Source: Mycolicibacterium smegmatis
GTDB lineage: Bacteria > Actinomycetota > Actinomycetes > Mycobacteriales > Mycobacteriaceae
DNA: 32,000 nucleotides
Direction of reading: 5' to 3'
Assembly (NCBI RefSeq): GCF_001457595.1
Contig: NZ_LN831039.1
Span: 3,060,001 to 3,092,000 of the forward strand
The translations under genes and the position numbers were made by a program. Shown here piece after piece: positions 9,592 through 17,561 of the stretch. The notes under the pieces were generated by a model. It was given only the letters and a program-made list of their open reading frames with translations, was not told where the DNA came from and made no database searches. How positions within the stretch are numbered: position 1 is the first letter of the stretch; every line of letters starts with the position of its first letter.

Positions 9592-10406
9592 TGACCGAAA
9601 CCCACACCAGGGTCGACCACGTCGCTGCGATGACGCACCTGGACCGCAAGCCCACCACGTTCGACTCCTACAAGGACCGCTACGAGACGATCCGCATGGA
9701 GCGCACCGACGGCGTCCTGGAGTTGCACTTCCACACCAACGGTGGTCCGCTGCAGTGGAGTCTGTTGGCGCACAACGAGTTCGAGGACGCTTTCCTCGAA
9801 ATCGGCCGTGACCGAGAGAACGACGTTGTCATCATGACCGGAACCGGTGAGGAGTTCAGCGGGCCCGCGATCGCCCCCGGACAACACCCCAACCGCCGTA
9901 CCATGACCCCGGAGACCTACGACCCCATCCAGTGGGAGGGCAAGCAGCTGCTGCCGAACCTGCTTTCCATCGAGGCGCCGGTGATCGCCGCGATCAACGG
10001 GCCTGCCGTGCGTCACGCCGAGATCCCGCTGGTCTCCGACATCGTGCTGGCCACCGAGGACACCTATTTCCAGGACACCGCACACTTTCCCGGCGGCATG
10101 GTGCCCGGTGACGGCATGCACATCGTGATGCCACTGCTCATGGGTCCCACCAGGGCGCGCTACTTCCTGCTGACCGGACAGCAACTGTCGGTCGCCGAAG
10201 CGCGCGAGATCGGGCTGGTGAACGAGGTGGTGCCCCGCGACGACCTGCTGAGCCGGGCCAGGGAACTGGCCGCACAGCTGATGCGGCAACCGCGACTGGT
10301 GCGCCGCTACAGCCGCACGGTGCTCACCGAGGATCTCCGTCAGCGTATGCACGGCCTGCTCGGGTACGGCCTCGCACTCGAGGGCCTCGCACGTATGAAG
10401 AGTTGA
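9591..10406 (+). CDS. Crotonase-superfamily beta-diketone hydrolase, 6-oxocamphor hydrolase-like
   Basis: YETIRMER, DRENDVVIMTGTG, LLPNLLSIEAPVIAAINGP, EIPLVSDIVLATEDTYFQDTAHFPGGMVPGDG, ARYFLLTGQQLSVAEAREIGLVNEVV; these segments align with my recollection of Rhodococcus 6-oxocamphor hydrolase rather than generic enoyl-CoA hydratases. Confidence 0.75.
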   Translation: MTETHTRVDHVAAMTHLDRKPTTFDSYKDRYETIRMERTDGVLELHFHTNGGPLQWSLLAHNEFEDAFLEIGRDRENDVVIMTGTGEEFSGPAIAPGQHPNRRTMTPETYDPIQWEGKQLLPNLLSIEAPVIAAINGPAVRHAEIPLVSDIVLATEDTYFQDTAHFPGGMVPGDGMHIVMPLLMGPTRARYFLLTGQQLSVAEAREIGLVNEVVPRDDLLSRARELAAQLMRQPRLVRRYSRTVLTEDLRQRMHGLLGYGLALEGLARMKS

Positions 10407-10450
10407 CGGCTCTTTCGGCCATTCCACATTCGATCTCGACGAGGAGAGCG

Positions 10451-12811
10451 ATGGACACCAGGACCGCCCCCGGCAGGTGGCCGAAGCGGCATGCCCTCGA
10501 ATTCGCCACGGGACAAGCGCGGTTCGTCGACGACATCCGGCCGCAGGGTCTGCTGCACATGGCGGTGGTCCGCAGCACGCGTGCACACGCTCGAATCGTC
10601 TCGGTCGATGTGTCGGCGGCGGCCGCCCGCCCGGGGGTGGTGCTGGTGCTCGACGCCCACGAGGCGGCCCGGCACCTCGAAACACTGCCGTACCAGTTCG
10701 GCGCACCCGAACTGCTCGGCGCCCGCAATGTCGCACTGCAGGCCCTCCCGGTCGACAAGGTCCGCTACGTCGGAGAACCCGTCGCAGTCCTCGCGGCGGA
10801 GAACCCCCGCGCCGCACGGGCCGCCGCGGCGGCCGTGGCGGTCGAATACGACGACCTCCCCGAGGCACCGCGGCCGCATGAATACCTCGGCGCCAGTGTG
10901 CTTTCGGCAGAACAGCGCGAACATGTCGTCACCGAGAACCATTTCTCCAGCGGCGACCCCGACGGTGCGCTGGCGCGCGCCGAGCATGTCCTCGACGCCG
11001 AGTTCACCGTCGGCCGCAGCACCACCGCACCGCTGGAGACGCGGGGATACGTGGCGTCATGGGATCCGAGCGCCCAGCGGCTGACCGTCCACGCCTCACA
11101 CCAGCAGCCGTTCCAGTTGCGCGACGAACTCGCCGAGGTGCTGCGCCTTGAGCCCGAGGCGATCCGGGTCGTGGTCCCGAATGTCGGCGGATCGTTCGGC
11201 CTCAAGATGACCGGCCAGGTCGAGGAGCCGTTGGTGTGCCTGCTCAGCATGCTGTGCGAGCGGCCGGTCAAGTGGATCGAATCACGGGCCGAATGCTTTT
11301 TGGGTGGCGGGCGTGAACAGATCCACCGTGTGCGAGCCGGTTTCGGCGGTGACGGACGTGTCGAGGTGTTCACCGACCACATGGTGGTGCCGGTCGGCGC
11401 ACGATCGGTGTCGCCGGGATGGCGGCAGGCCTACGTGAGTGCGGCCAGTTTGCCTGGGCCGTACGACATCCCACACGTCGACGTCACCTCGCGCGTGGTG
11501 ACGACCAACCTTCCGCCGTGGCATTCCTGCCGGGGATTCGGCAAGGAGGCCCCCGTGTTCGTCATGGAACGCGTGATGGACCTCATCGCCCGCCGGTTGC
11601 GCCTCGACCCCGCCGAGGTGCGACGCCGGAACTTCCTTCCCACCAGTGCGTTTCCACACCGGATGCCGTCGGGCTACCAGATCGACAGCGGTGACTACCG
11701 CGCGGTCCTCGACCGCGTCATCGACATCTCGGGATATGCCGGCACACACCGGCAGCCCTCGTCGGCCACCGTGCGCCGCGGCGTCGGCATCTCGTTCGAG
11801 ATCACCCCCGAAGGCGGCGGCCACGCATCGGGCCGATTGGCCCCGAACGTCACACCCACCGTCGCCGCCGACGAGAGCGCGACGGTCCGTCTCGACCGCG
11901 ATGGGCACGTCACGGTGCTCAGCGGGGTCACCAATCCTGGCGGTGGCAACGACACCGCGCTGGCCCGGCTGGCCGCCGAAACACTCGGCACCACAACCGA
12001 GAACGTGACCGTGGTCCAGGGCGACACCAGCCTGTGCCCACCAGGAACGGGCAACGCCAGCAGTCGCGGTGTCGCCGTGGGCGGCGCGGCCGTGGTGCTC
12101 GCGGCCCGCGACATGGCCGACGAACTACGGCGCACGGCCGCGGCGACGCTGGGCTGCGCGCCGCACGAGGTCACACTCGCCGACGACGCCGCGCATGCCG
12201 CCAGTGGTGCGTCCATCCCGCTGCGGAACCTGTGCGCGCGCGCCGCCGAGTGCGGCGAACTGTCGTACACCCGCAGTTACCGCCCCACACCGCCGGACGA
12301 TCCGGCCTACCGCTACAGCTATCCCTACTTCTCCAGCGGCGCGTACGTGGCCGAGGTCGACGTCGACACCGCGACCGGCGTGGTCAAGGTGCATGCGATC
12401 ACCGCGGTGCACGACTGCGGACGCGTCGTGGAACCCGTGCTCGTCGAGGGACAACTGCAGGGCGCGATCGCCATGGGCATCGGACTCGCCCTGTACGAGG
12501 ACAACCGATTCGAGGCCGACGGTGCGCCGGCCACGCGCACCTTCAAGGAGTACATGGTGCCGCGCGCCAACGACCTGCCCGACTTCGTCATCCGCCACCA
12601 CGAGACCCCGGCGCCCACCACCCTGCTGGGCGCCAAGGGGGCCGGTGAGGCCGGTGTCGGGGGAGCACTGGCCGCGGTCGCCAACGCGATCGACGACGCG
12701 CTTCAGGGCGCCCAGCACGGGGCGGGCGAGCCGATCGCGACCGTGACGAGCGTTCCCCTGGACCCACCGACGGTGCTGTCACTGATCCCCGAACCGCGAG
12801 GCCTCGGATGA
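10451..12811 (+). CDS. Xanthine dehydrogenase family molybdopterin-binding (large) subunit
   Basis: ATGQARFVDDIRPQGLLHMAVVRSTRAHARI, GGSFGLKM, SCRGFGKEAPVFVMER, GAKGAGEAGVGGALAAVANAI; ATG at 10451 after AGGAGAG. Confidence 0.92.
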   Translation: MDTRTAPGRWPKRHALEFATGQARFVDDIRPQGLLHMAVVRSTRAHARIVSVDVSAAAARPGVVLVLDAHEAARHLETLPYQFGAPELLGARNVALQALPVDKVRYVGEPVAVLAAENPRAARAAAAAVAVEYDDLPEAPRPHEYLGASVLSAEQREHVVTENHFSSGDPDGALARAEHVLDAEFTVGRSTTAPLETRGYVASWDPSAQRLTVHASHQQPFQLRDELAEVLRLEPEAIRVVVPNVGGSFGLKMTGQVEEPLVCLLSMLCERPVKWIESRAECFLGGGREQIHRVRAGFGGDGRVEVFTDHMVVPVGARSVSPGWRQAYVSAASLPGPYDIPHVDVTSRVVTTNLPPWHSCRGFGKEAPVFVMERVMDLIARRLRLDPAEVRRRNFLPTSAFPHRMPSGYQIDSGDYRAVLDRVIDISGYAGTHRQPSSATVRRGVGISFEITPEGGGHASGRLAPNVTPTVAADESATVRLDRDGHVTVLSGVTNPGGGNDTALARLAAETLGTTTENVTVVQGDTSLCPPGTGNASSRGVAVGGAAVVLAARDMADELRRTAAATLGCAPHEVTLADDAAHAASGASIPLRNLCARAAECGELSYTRSYRPTPPDDPAYRYSYPYFSSGAYVAEVDVDTATGVVKVHAITAVHDCGRVVEPVLVEGQLQGAIAMGIGLALYEDNRFEADGAPATRTFKEYMVPRANDLPDFVIRHHETPAPTTLLGAKGAGEAGVGGALAAVANAIDDALQGAQHGAGEPIATVTSVPLDPPTVLSLIPEPRGLG

Positions 12812-13626
12812 GCGCCTTCCGGACGGTGCTGCCGCGCAACCGAGACGACGTCGCCAAGAGCCTCGCCGACATCGTCGGGGGCGGCGGCGACGCGCTGATC
12901 GTCGGCGGCGGAACGCTGACGGTGCCCGCGCTCGTTCGCGGCGACATCACCGCGACCCACGTCGTCGACCTCGGCAAAGCGGATCTCGACGGCATCGAAT
13001 TCGGCCAGGAGGCAGCCGAAATCGGCGCGTCGGTGAGCTATCAGCAGATCCTGGAGTCCCGGCGGATCCGTCGTGACCTGCCGTTGCTGCACCGGCTGTG
13101 CTCAGGTATCACCGGCGGTATCCAGATCCGCAACCAGGGCACCGTCGTCGGGGCACTGTGCGCCGCGCGGCCCCAGTCCGACATTCCGGCGGCCTTGGTG
13201 GCGCTGGGCGCCGAGGTGCTGATCCACTCGACCTCGGGAACCCGGATCGTGGACGCGCAGACGTTTCTGCGCGGTGCCGAGCAGACCGACCTCGCAACCG
13301 GCGAGTTCGTCACCGCAGTACGCGTACCGTGGCCCGCCACAGCGGGTTTCGGATATGTCAAGCTCAAATCCGCCGAATCGTCCTGGCCCGTGGTCACGGC
13401 CGCGGCCGTGCTGCCAGGTCATGTCGTGCTCGGCGGCGTCGCGAAAGTCCCGCAGTTGATCCGACTTCCGGACCCCGGCATGGTCCGCACCGTGGTGGCC
13501 GAACATGTCGACCGCATCCCGCCCACGCAACGCTGGGCGGACCTGCGGGCCGACTGGAACTACCGACGGCGAGTCGCGCCTGAGATCGCCGCGCGCGCCG
13601 TCGAACAGGGGGTGGACCATGTCTGA
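12808..13626 (+). CDS. FAD-binding (medium) subunit of xanthine dehydrogenase family enzyme
   Basis: GGGGDALIVGGGTLTVPAL and ITGGIQIRNQGTVVGALCAARPQSDIPAALVAL; 4-nt overlap with the large subunit gene. Confidence 0.9.
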   Translation: MSAFRTVLPRNRDDVAKSLADIVGGGGDALIVGGGTLTVPALVRGDITATHVVDLGKADLDGIEFGQEAAEIGASVSYQQILESRRIRRDLPLLHRLCSGITGGIQIRNQGTVVGALCAARPQSDIPAALVALGAEVLIHSTSGTRIVDAQTFLRGAEQTDLATGEFVTAVRVPWPATAGFGYVKLKSAESSWPVVTAAAVLPGHVVLGGVAKVPQLIRLPDPGMVRTVVAEHVDRIPPTQRWADLRADWNYRRRVAPEIAARAVEQGVDHV

Positions 13627-14104
13627 CACGGTCGACATCAGCGTCGAGGTCGACGGAGATCCGGCCCATCTCACCGTCGAGGCCGACCTCACGCTGCTCG
13701 ACGTGCTGCGCGAGGAACTCGGGCGTACCGAGGTGCGTGCCGGTTGCCGCAACGGCGACTGCGGAACCTGCACCGCGGTTGTCGACGGGCGCTGCGTGAA
13801 AACCTGCCTGATCCTCGCGGCCAGGGCCGACGGTGCCCGCGTGAAGACCATCGCCACACTGTCCGACGGCGACCGACCGGACGCGGTTCAGCGCGCGTTC
13901 ATGGAGCAGTACGGCTTCCAGTGCGGTTTCTGCCTGCCCGGCATGCTGCTCGCGGCGACCGACCTGCTCGACCGCGACCCGAACCCTTCCGCCGCCGCCA
14001 TCCGGGATGCCTTGAGCGGCAACCTCTGCCGGTGCACCGGCTACACCAACGCGGTGCGCGCCGTGCAGCGCGCAGCGGAACTTCGCAACCAGCCCCCGAG
14101 CTGA
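13619..14104 (+). CDS. 2Fe-2S (small) subunit of xanthine dehydrogenase family enzyme
   Basis: Two 2Fe-2S motifs: CRNGDCGTCTAVVDGRCVKTC and CGFCLPGMLLA...CRCTGY; ATG at 13619 overlaps the FAD subunit by 8 nt. Confidence 0.95.
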   Translation: MSDTVDISVEVDGDPAHLTVEADLTLLDVLREELGRTEVRAGCRNGDCGTCTAVVDGRCVKTCLILAARADGARVKTIATLSDGDRPDAVQRAFMEQYGFQCGFCLPGMLLAATDLLDRDPNPSAAAIRDALSGNLCRCTGYTNAVRAVQRAAELRNQPPS

Positions 14105-14172
14105 CACACCTTCACACGCACACCGGGCGAATGGCGCCGCGGTGGTGATCCACCTTGCCCTGAGGAGGTCCG

Positions 14173-15492
14173 ATGTCCATCCCCAACGACCATCTGGTCG
14201 ATGTCGCCATCCGGCAGGAACACCGTGCGCAGCACCGGTTCCGCACACTGCTCGGGGCGGGCGTCGGCAACACGCTCGAATGGTACGACTGGAGTGTCTA
14301 CGCGATCTTCGCGCCGTTTTTCGCTCATCAGTTCTTCGTCGGCGACGGCGGCACGGGAGCCGTGCTGTCCACGCTGGCGGTGTTCGCCGTCGGGTTCCTC
14401 ATGCGCCCGGTCGGCGGATTCCTGTTCGGCTGGCTGGCCGACCGGCGCGGCAGGCGGTTCTCGATGACCACGTCGATGCTCCTGATGGCGGCGGGCAGCC
14501 TGGTGATCGGTGTGGCGCCGGTGCAGGCCGATGTGGGCATCTGGGCGGCCGTCATCCTGATCGTCGCCCGGCTCGCGCAGGGACTGGCGCACGGCGGTGA
14601 GATCGCGGCGTCCTACACCTACATCGCGGAGGTCGCACCGCCGGCCCGGCGCGGACTGTGGTCGACCAGCCTGTACGTGTCGGTGACGGCGGGCATCGTG
14701 CTGGCGTCGGTGATCGGCGCGGCCGCCAGCAGCATCCTGGGCGCCGACGCCCTCGCACAGTGGGCGTGGCGGTTGCCCTTCCTGCTCGGCGGCCTGCTCG
14801 GCGTCGTCGGACTGTACCTGCGGCGCAGTCTGCCCGAAACCGAGGCGTTCCTGGCCGAGGACACCGGACCGGCACAGCAGCCCGCCACCACACGGGACGT
14901 GATCCGCGGATTGCGCAGCCACAAGGCCAGTCTCGCGCGCATGGTCGGGTTCAGCCTGGCGAGCACCGTGGTGGTCTACACGTGGGCCATCGGCATCTCG
15001 GGGTTCGCGATCAGCACGCGCGGGGTTCCCGCGGGCGCGGCGCTGTGGGCGACCGTGGCCGCCAACCTGGTCTTCATGGCCACGCTTCCGTTGTGGGGCA
15101 AACTGTCCGACCGCTACGGACGCAGACCGGTGTTCATCACGTACTCGATCGCGTTCATGGTGCTGTCGTTCCCGCTCCTGGCGGCCATCGACGACTCACC
15201 GGTCCGGCTGTTCCTCATCGTGTCGGTCGCGCTGTTCTTCCTCGGCGCGTTCGTCGGCATCATGCCCGCCTACTTCGCCGAACTCTTCCCGACCCACGTG
15301 CGCGCGTCGGGCATCGGTGTGCCGTACTCCTTCACGGTCGCGGTGTTCGGCGGCACGGCCCCGTACATCGCGACGTGGCTGGCGAGCCACCACCTCGAGT
15401 GGATCTTCGCGCTGTATAGCGTGGTCCTTGCCGCCATCGGGCTCGTCACGACGTTGCTGAGCCCGGAGACCAGGGGCCGGAACCTGTTGTGA
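14173..15492 (+). CDS. MFS transporter, metabolite:H+ symporter (MHS) type
   Basis: GAGVGNTLEWYDWSVYAIFAPFFAHQFF, FGWLADRRGRR, RLAQGLAHGGEIAASYTYIAE; typical 12-TM permease. Confidence 0.9.
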   Translation: MSIPNDHLVDVAIRQEHRAQHRFRTLLGAGVGNTLEWYDWSVYAIFAPFFAHQFFVGDGGTGAVLSTLAVFAVGFLMRPVGGFLFGWLADRRGRRFSMTTSMLLMAAGSLVIGVAPVQADVGIWAAVILIVARLAQGLAHGGEIAASYTYIAEVAPPARRGLWSTSLYVSVTAGIVLASVIGAAASSILGADALAQWAWRLPFLLGGLLGVVGLYLRRSLPETEAFLAEDTGPAQQPATTRDVIRGLRSHKASLARMVGFSLASTVVVYTWAIGISGFAISTRGVPAGAALWATVAANLVFMATLPLWGKLSDRYGRRPVFITYSIAFMVLSFPLLAAIDDSPVRLFLIVSVALFFLGAFVGIMPAYFAELFPTHVRASGIGVPYSFTVAVFGGTAPYIATWLASHHLEWIFALYSVVLAAIGLVTTLLSPETRGRNLL

Positions 15493-15571
15493 CACATGCG
15501 GGGCTGAAACACACCCCCTCGGATCGCGCGATCGTTGCCTAGGCTCGCATCCGAGGGAAGGAAACACACCT

Positions 15572-15892
15572 ATGACGATGATGTTGGTGCACTACGTCGG
15601 CAACGCCGACAGTCGGTTCGACCGCGACTACTACATGACCGAGCACGTGCCGTTGGTCGAGCGCACGTGGGGCCCGCACGGACTGCGATCCGCCGAGGTC
15701 TATTTCGCGGCCGAGGCGGGTGAGGCGGACGGTGTGATCACGATCTGCCTGTGCCACTTCGAGGATCGCGACGCGATGGAAAAAGCGCTGTCGGCACCGG
15801 AGACCGCGGCGGTCATGGACGACGTTGCCAACTTCACCGACATCGCGCCGGTCCGCACCGTCATGGAACGCGGGGTAGGCGGCGCGACGTGA
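15572..15892 (+). CDS. EthD family protein (dimeric alpha/beta-barrel)
   Basis: VHYVGNADSRFDRDYYMTEHVPLVERTWGPHGLRSAEVY; 106 aa. Confidence 0.8.
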   Translation: MTMMLVHYVGNADSRFDRDYYMTEHVPLVERTWGPHGLRSAEVYFAAEAGEADGVITICLCHFEDRDAMEKALSAPETAAVMDDVANFTDIAPVRTVMERGVGGAT

Positions 15893-15911
15893 CGGCCACG
15901 GGGACGGGTTG

Positions 15912-16931
15912 GTGACCGGACCAGGGAGGCGGCGTCGGCCTACGCTCGCCGACGTCGCCGACATCGTGGGGGTGGACCCGAGCCTGGTGTCGCGGGTGCT
16001 GCGCAACGACCCGCGGGGCTTCGCGTCGACGAGGACCCGCGAACGCATCGTGGCGGCCGCCGAGAAGATCGGCTACCGCGCCAACGCCGCGGCGCGTGGG
16101 CTGCGCAGCTCGCGCACCATGGCACTCGGCCTGCTGCTTCCCGGGTTCACCAGCCCGGTCTACTCCGCGATCGTGCACGGGGTCGAGGCCCGCGCCAAAG
16201 AGCACGGGTACGGCCTGGTGCTCGGAACACACGCCGCGGGTGATCCACACGAGACCATGACCTCGATGCTCATGCACGGCAGCGTCGACGCCCTCCTGGT
16301 CGCGTCCGGCCGGATCGAGGATCAGGCGCTGCGCCGGTTGGTCCAGGAGGTGCCGCAGACGGTGGTGCTGGTGAACCGCCAGGTGCGTGGCATATCCGCG
16401 AGCGTGGTGCTCAGGGATGCCGACGCCGCGGCCGTCGCGGTGCGCCACCTCGTCGAACTGGGGCACCGTCGCATCTGCGGCGTGTTCGGGCCCGCGACGC
16501 TCGACACGATGGTGCGCCGCAGGCACGGGTTCGCCACCGAGTGCGCGGCCAACGGCGTCGAGTCCTCGGCGATCGAGCTGCCCGAGCGCAACCATGCCGC
16601 CGGATTCGAGGGCGCCATGCGTGCGCTCGAACGCGGCAACCCCCCGACCGCGATCGTCGCCGCGACGTTCCCGATGGCCGTGGGTGTGCTGGCGGCCCTG
16701 CACCAGCGGGGGATCGCGGTACCGTCCGCGATGTCGGTGCTCGCGCTGCACGACGACAACCTCGCGAGCTATCTCATCCCTCCGCTGACCGCGGTGTCGC
16801 TGCCCACCGAACGGCTCGGCGCCGAAGCGGTCGAACTCGCGATCGCGATGGTCGGAGGCGGCCAACCGCGCCGGGTCGTGGTGCCCGACGAACCGCACAT
16901 CGTGCTGCGCGGTTCCACCGCGGCACCGTGA
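15912..16931 (+). CDS. LacI family transcriptional regulator
   Basis: N-terminal HTH PTLADVADIVGVDPSLVSRVLRNDPRGFASTRTRERIVAAAEKIGYRANAAARGLRS and periplasmic-binding-like effector domain; GTG at 15912 preferred (ORF track begins at TTG 15909). Confidence 0.93.
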   Translation: MTGPGRRRRPTLADVADIVGVDPSLVSRVLRNDPRGFASTRTRERIVAAAEKIGYRANAAARGLRSSRTMALGLLLPGFTSPVYSAIVHGVEARAKEHGYGLVLGTHAAGDPHETMTSMLMHGSVDALLVASGRIEDQALRRLVQEVPQTVVLVNRQVRGISASVVLRDADAAAVAVRHLVELGHRRICGVFGPATLDTMVRRRHGFATECAANGVESSAIELPERNHAAGFEGAMRALERGNPPTAIVAATFPMAVGVLAALHQRGIAVPSAMSVLALHDDNLASYLIPPLTAVSLPTERLGAEAVELAIAMVGGGQPRRVVVPDEPHIVLRGSTAAP

Positions 16932-16948
16932 TATCAAACGATTGCCGC
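16929..16948 (+). promoter_or_regulatory. Second LacI-type operator, overlapping the LacI stop codon
   Basis: TGATATCAAACGATTGCCGC shares TGATATCAAACG-TTG with the 8699-8718 site; lies before the SnoaL/NTF2 gene. Confidence 0.55.
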
Positions 16949-17049
16949 CGGGGGCTCCTGGAAATTGGCTTCGGCGTCGAGGCCGACCGGGTCCGGAGAT
17001 CCTCACGAAAGCCGTTGCGGGTAGATCGATCATCCGAAGGGATACGCCC

Positions 17050-17496
17050 ATGCATTCCGATGCCAGTGTCGAACAGGCCTCCACGATGGTCGAGGTACTG
17101 AAGCGTTTCTACGTCGCGGAGACGGCGTACCTGGGCTCGGACGACAAGGACTTCTCGATCGTCGCGCCGACGCTTCACCCGGATTGTGTTGTGCTGCACC
17201 CGCAGTCGCTGCCCTATGCCGGACGGTGGGTGGGTCACGAGGGTGTCGAACGCTGGCTCAGGGCGTTCGGGGACACCTGGTCGGCTTTGGAGGTCACCGA
17301 CCCGGTCTTCTACCCGTCGGGATCGGACACGGTGTTCGTCCGCTGCCACGTTCGCGCAGTGGCGCGCGCCACCGGAACCGAGATCGACTGGCCCATGCTG
17401 CAGATGATCACGATCAGAGACCGGTTGATCGGCGAGATCGAGCCGTTCATGTGGGACACCGCGGCGACGCTGGAGAAACTGCGGCCGCAAACCTGA
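17050..17496 (+). CDS. SnoaL-like/NTF2-fold protein
   Basis: Internal pattern LHPDCVVLHPQSLPYAGRWVGHEGVERWLRAFGDTWSALEV, 148 aa; ATG at 17050. Confidence 0.75.
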   Translation: MHSDASVEQASTMVEVLKRFYVAETAYLGSDDKDFSIVAPTLHPDCVVLHPQSLPYAGRWVGHEGVERWLRAFGDTWSALEVTDPVFYPSGSDTVFVRCHVRAVARATGTEIDWPMLQMITIRDRLIGEIEPFMWDTAATLEKLRPQT

Positions 17497-17497
17497 T

Positions 17498-17528
17498 GTG
17501 GCCGCGGTCCTTGTGGGACCGCGGCCAC
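17498..17528. terminator. Bidirectional terminator-like hairpin between convergent genes
   Basis: GTGGCCGCGGTCC-TTGTG-GGACCGCGGCCAC, perfect 13-bp stem with 5-nt loop, 2 nt after the NTF2 gene stop; no U-tract. Confidence 0.7.
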
Positions 17529-17561
17529 GCCAGGGGGATTCTTCCCTTGTGGGGAAGTCTG

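Noticed and set aside
9489-10868. 459-aa minus-strand ORF over the crotonase and Mo subunit genes
   Set aside because: Low-complexity Pro/Arg/Gly-rich translation, opposes coding genes with clear domains.
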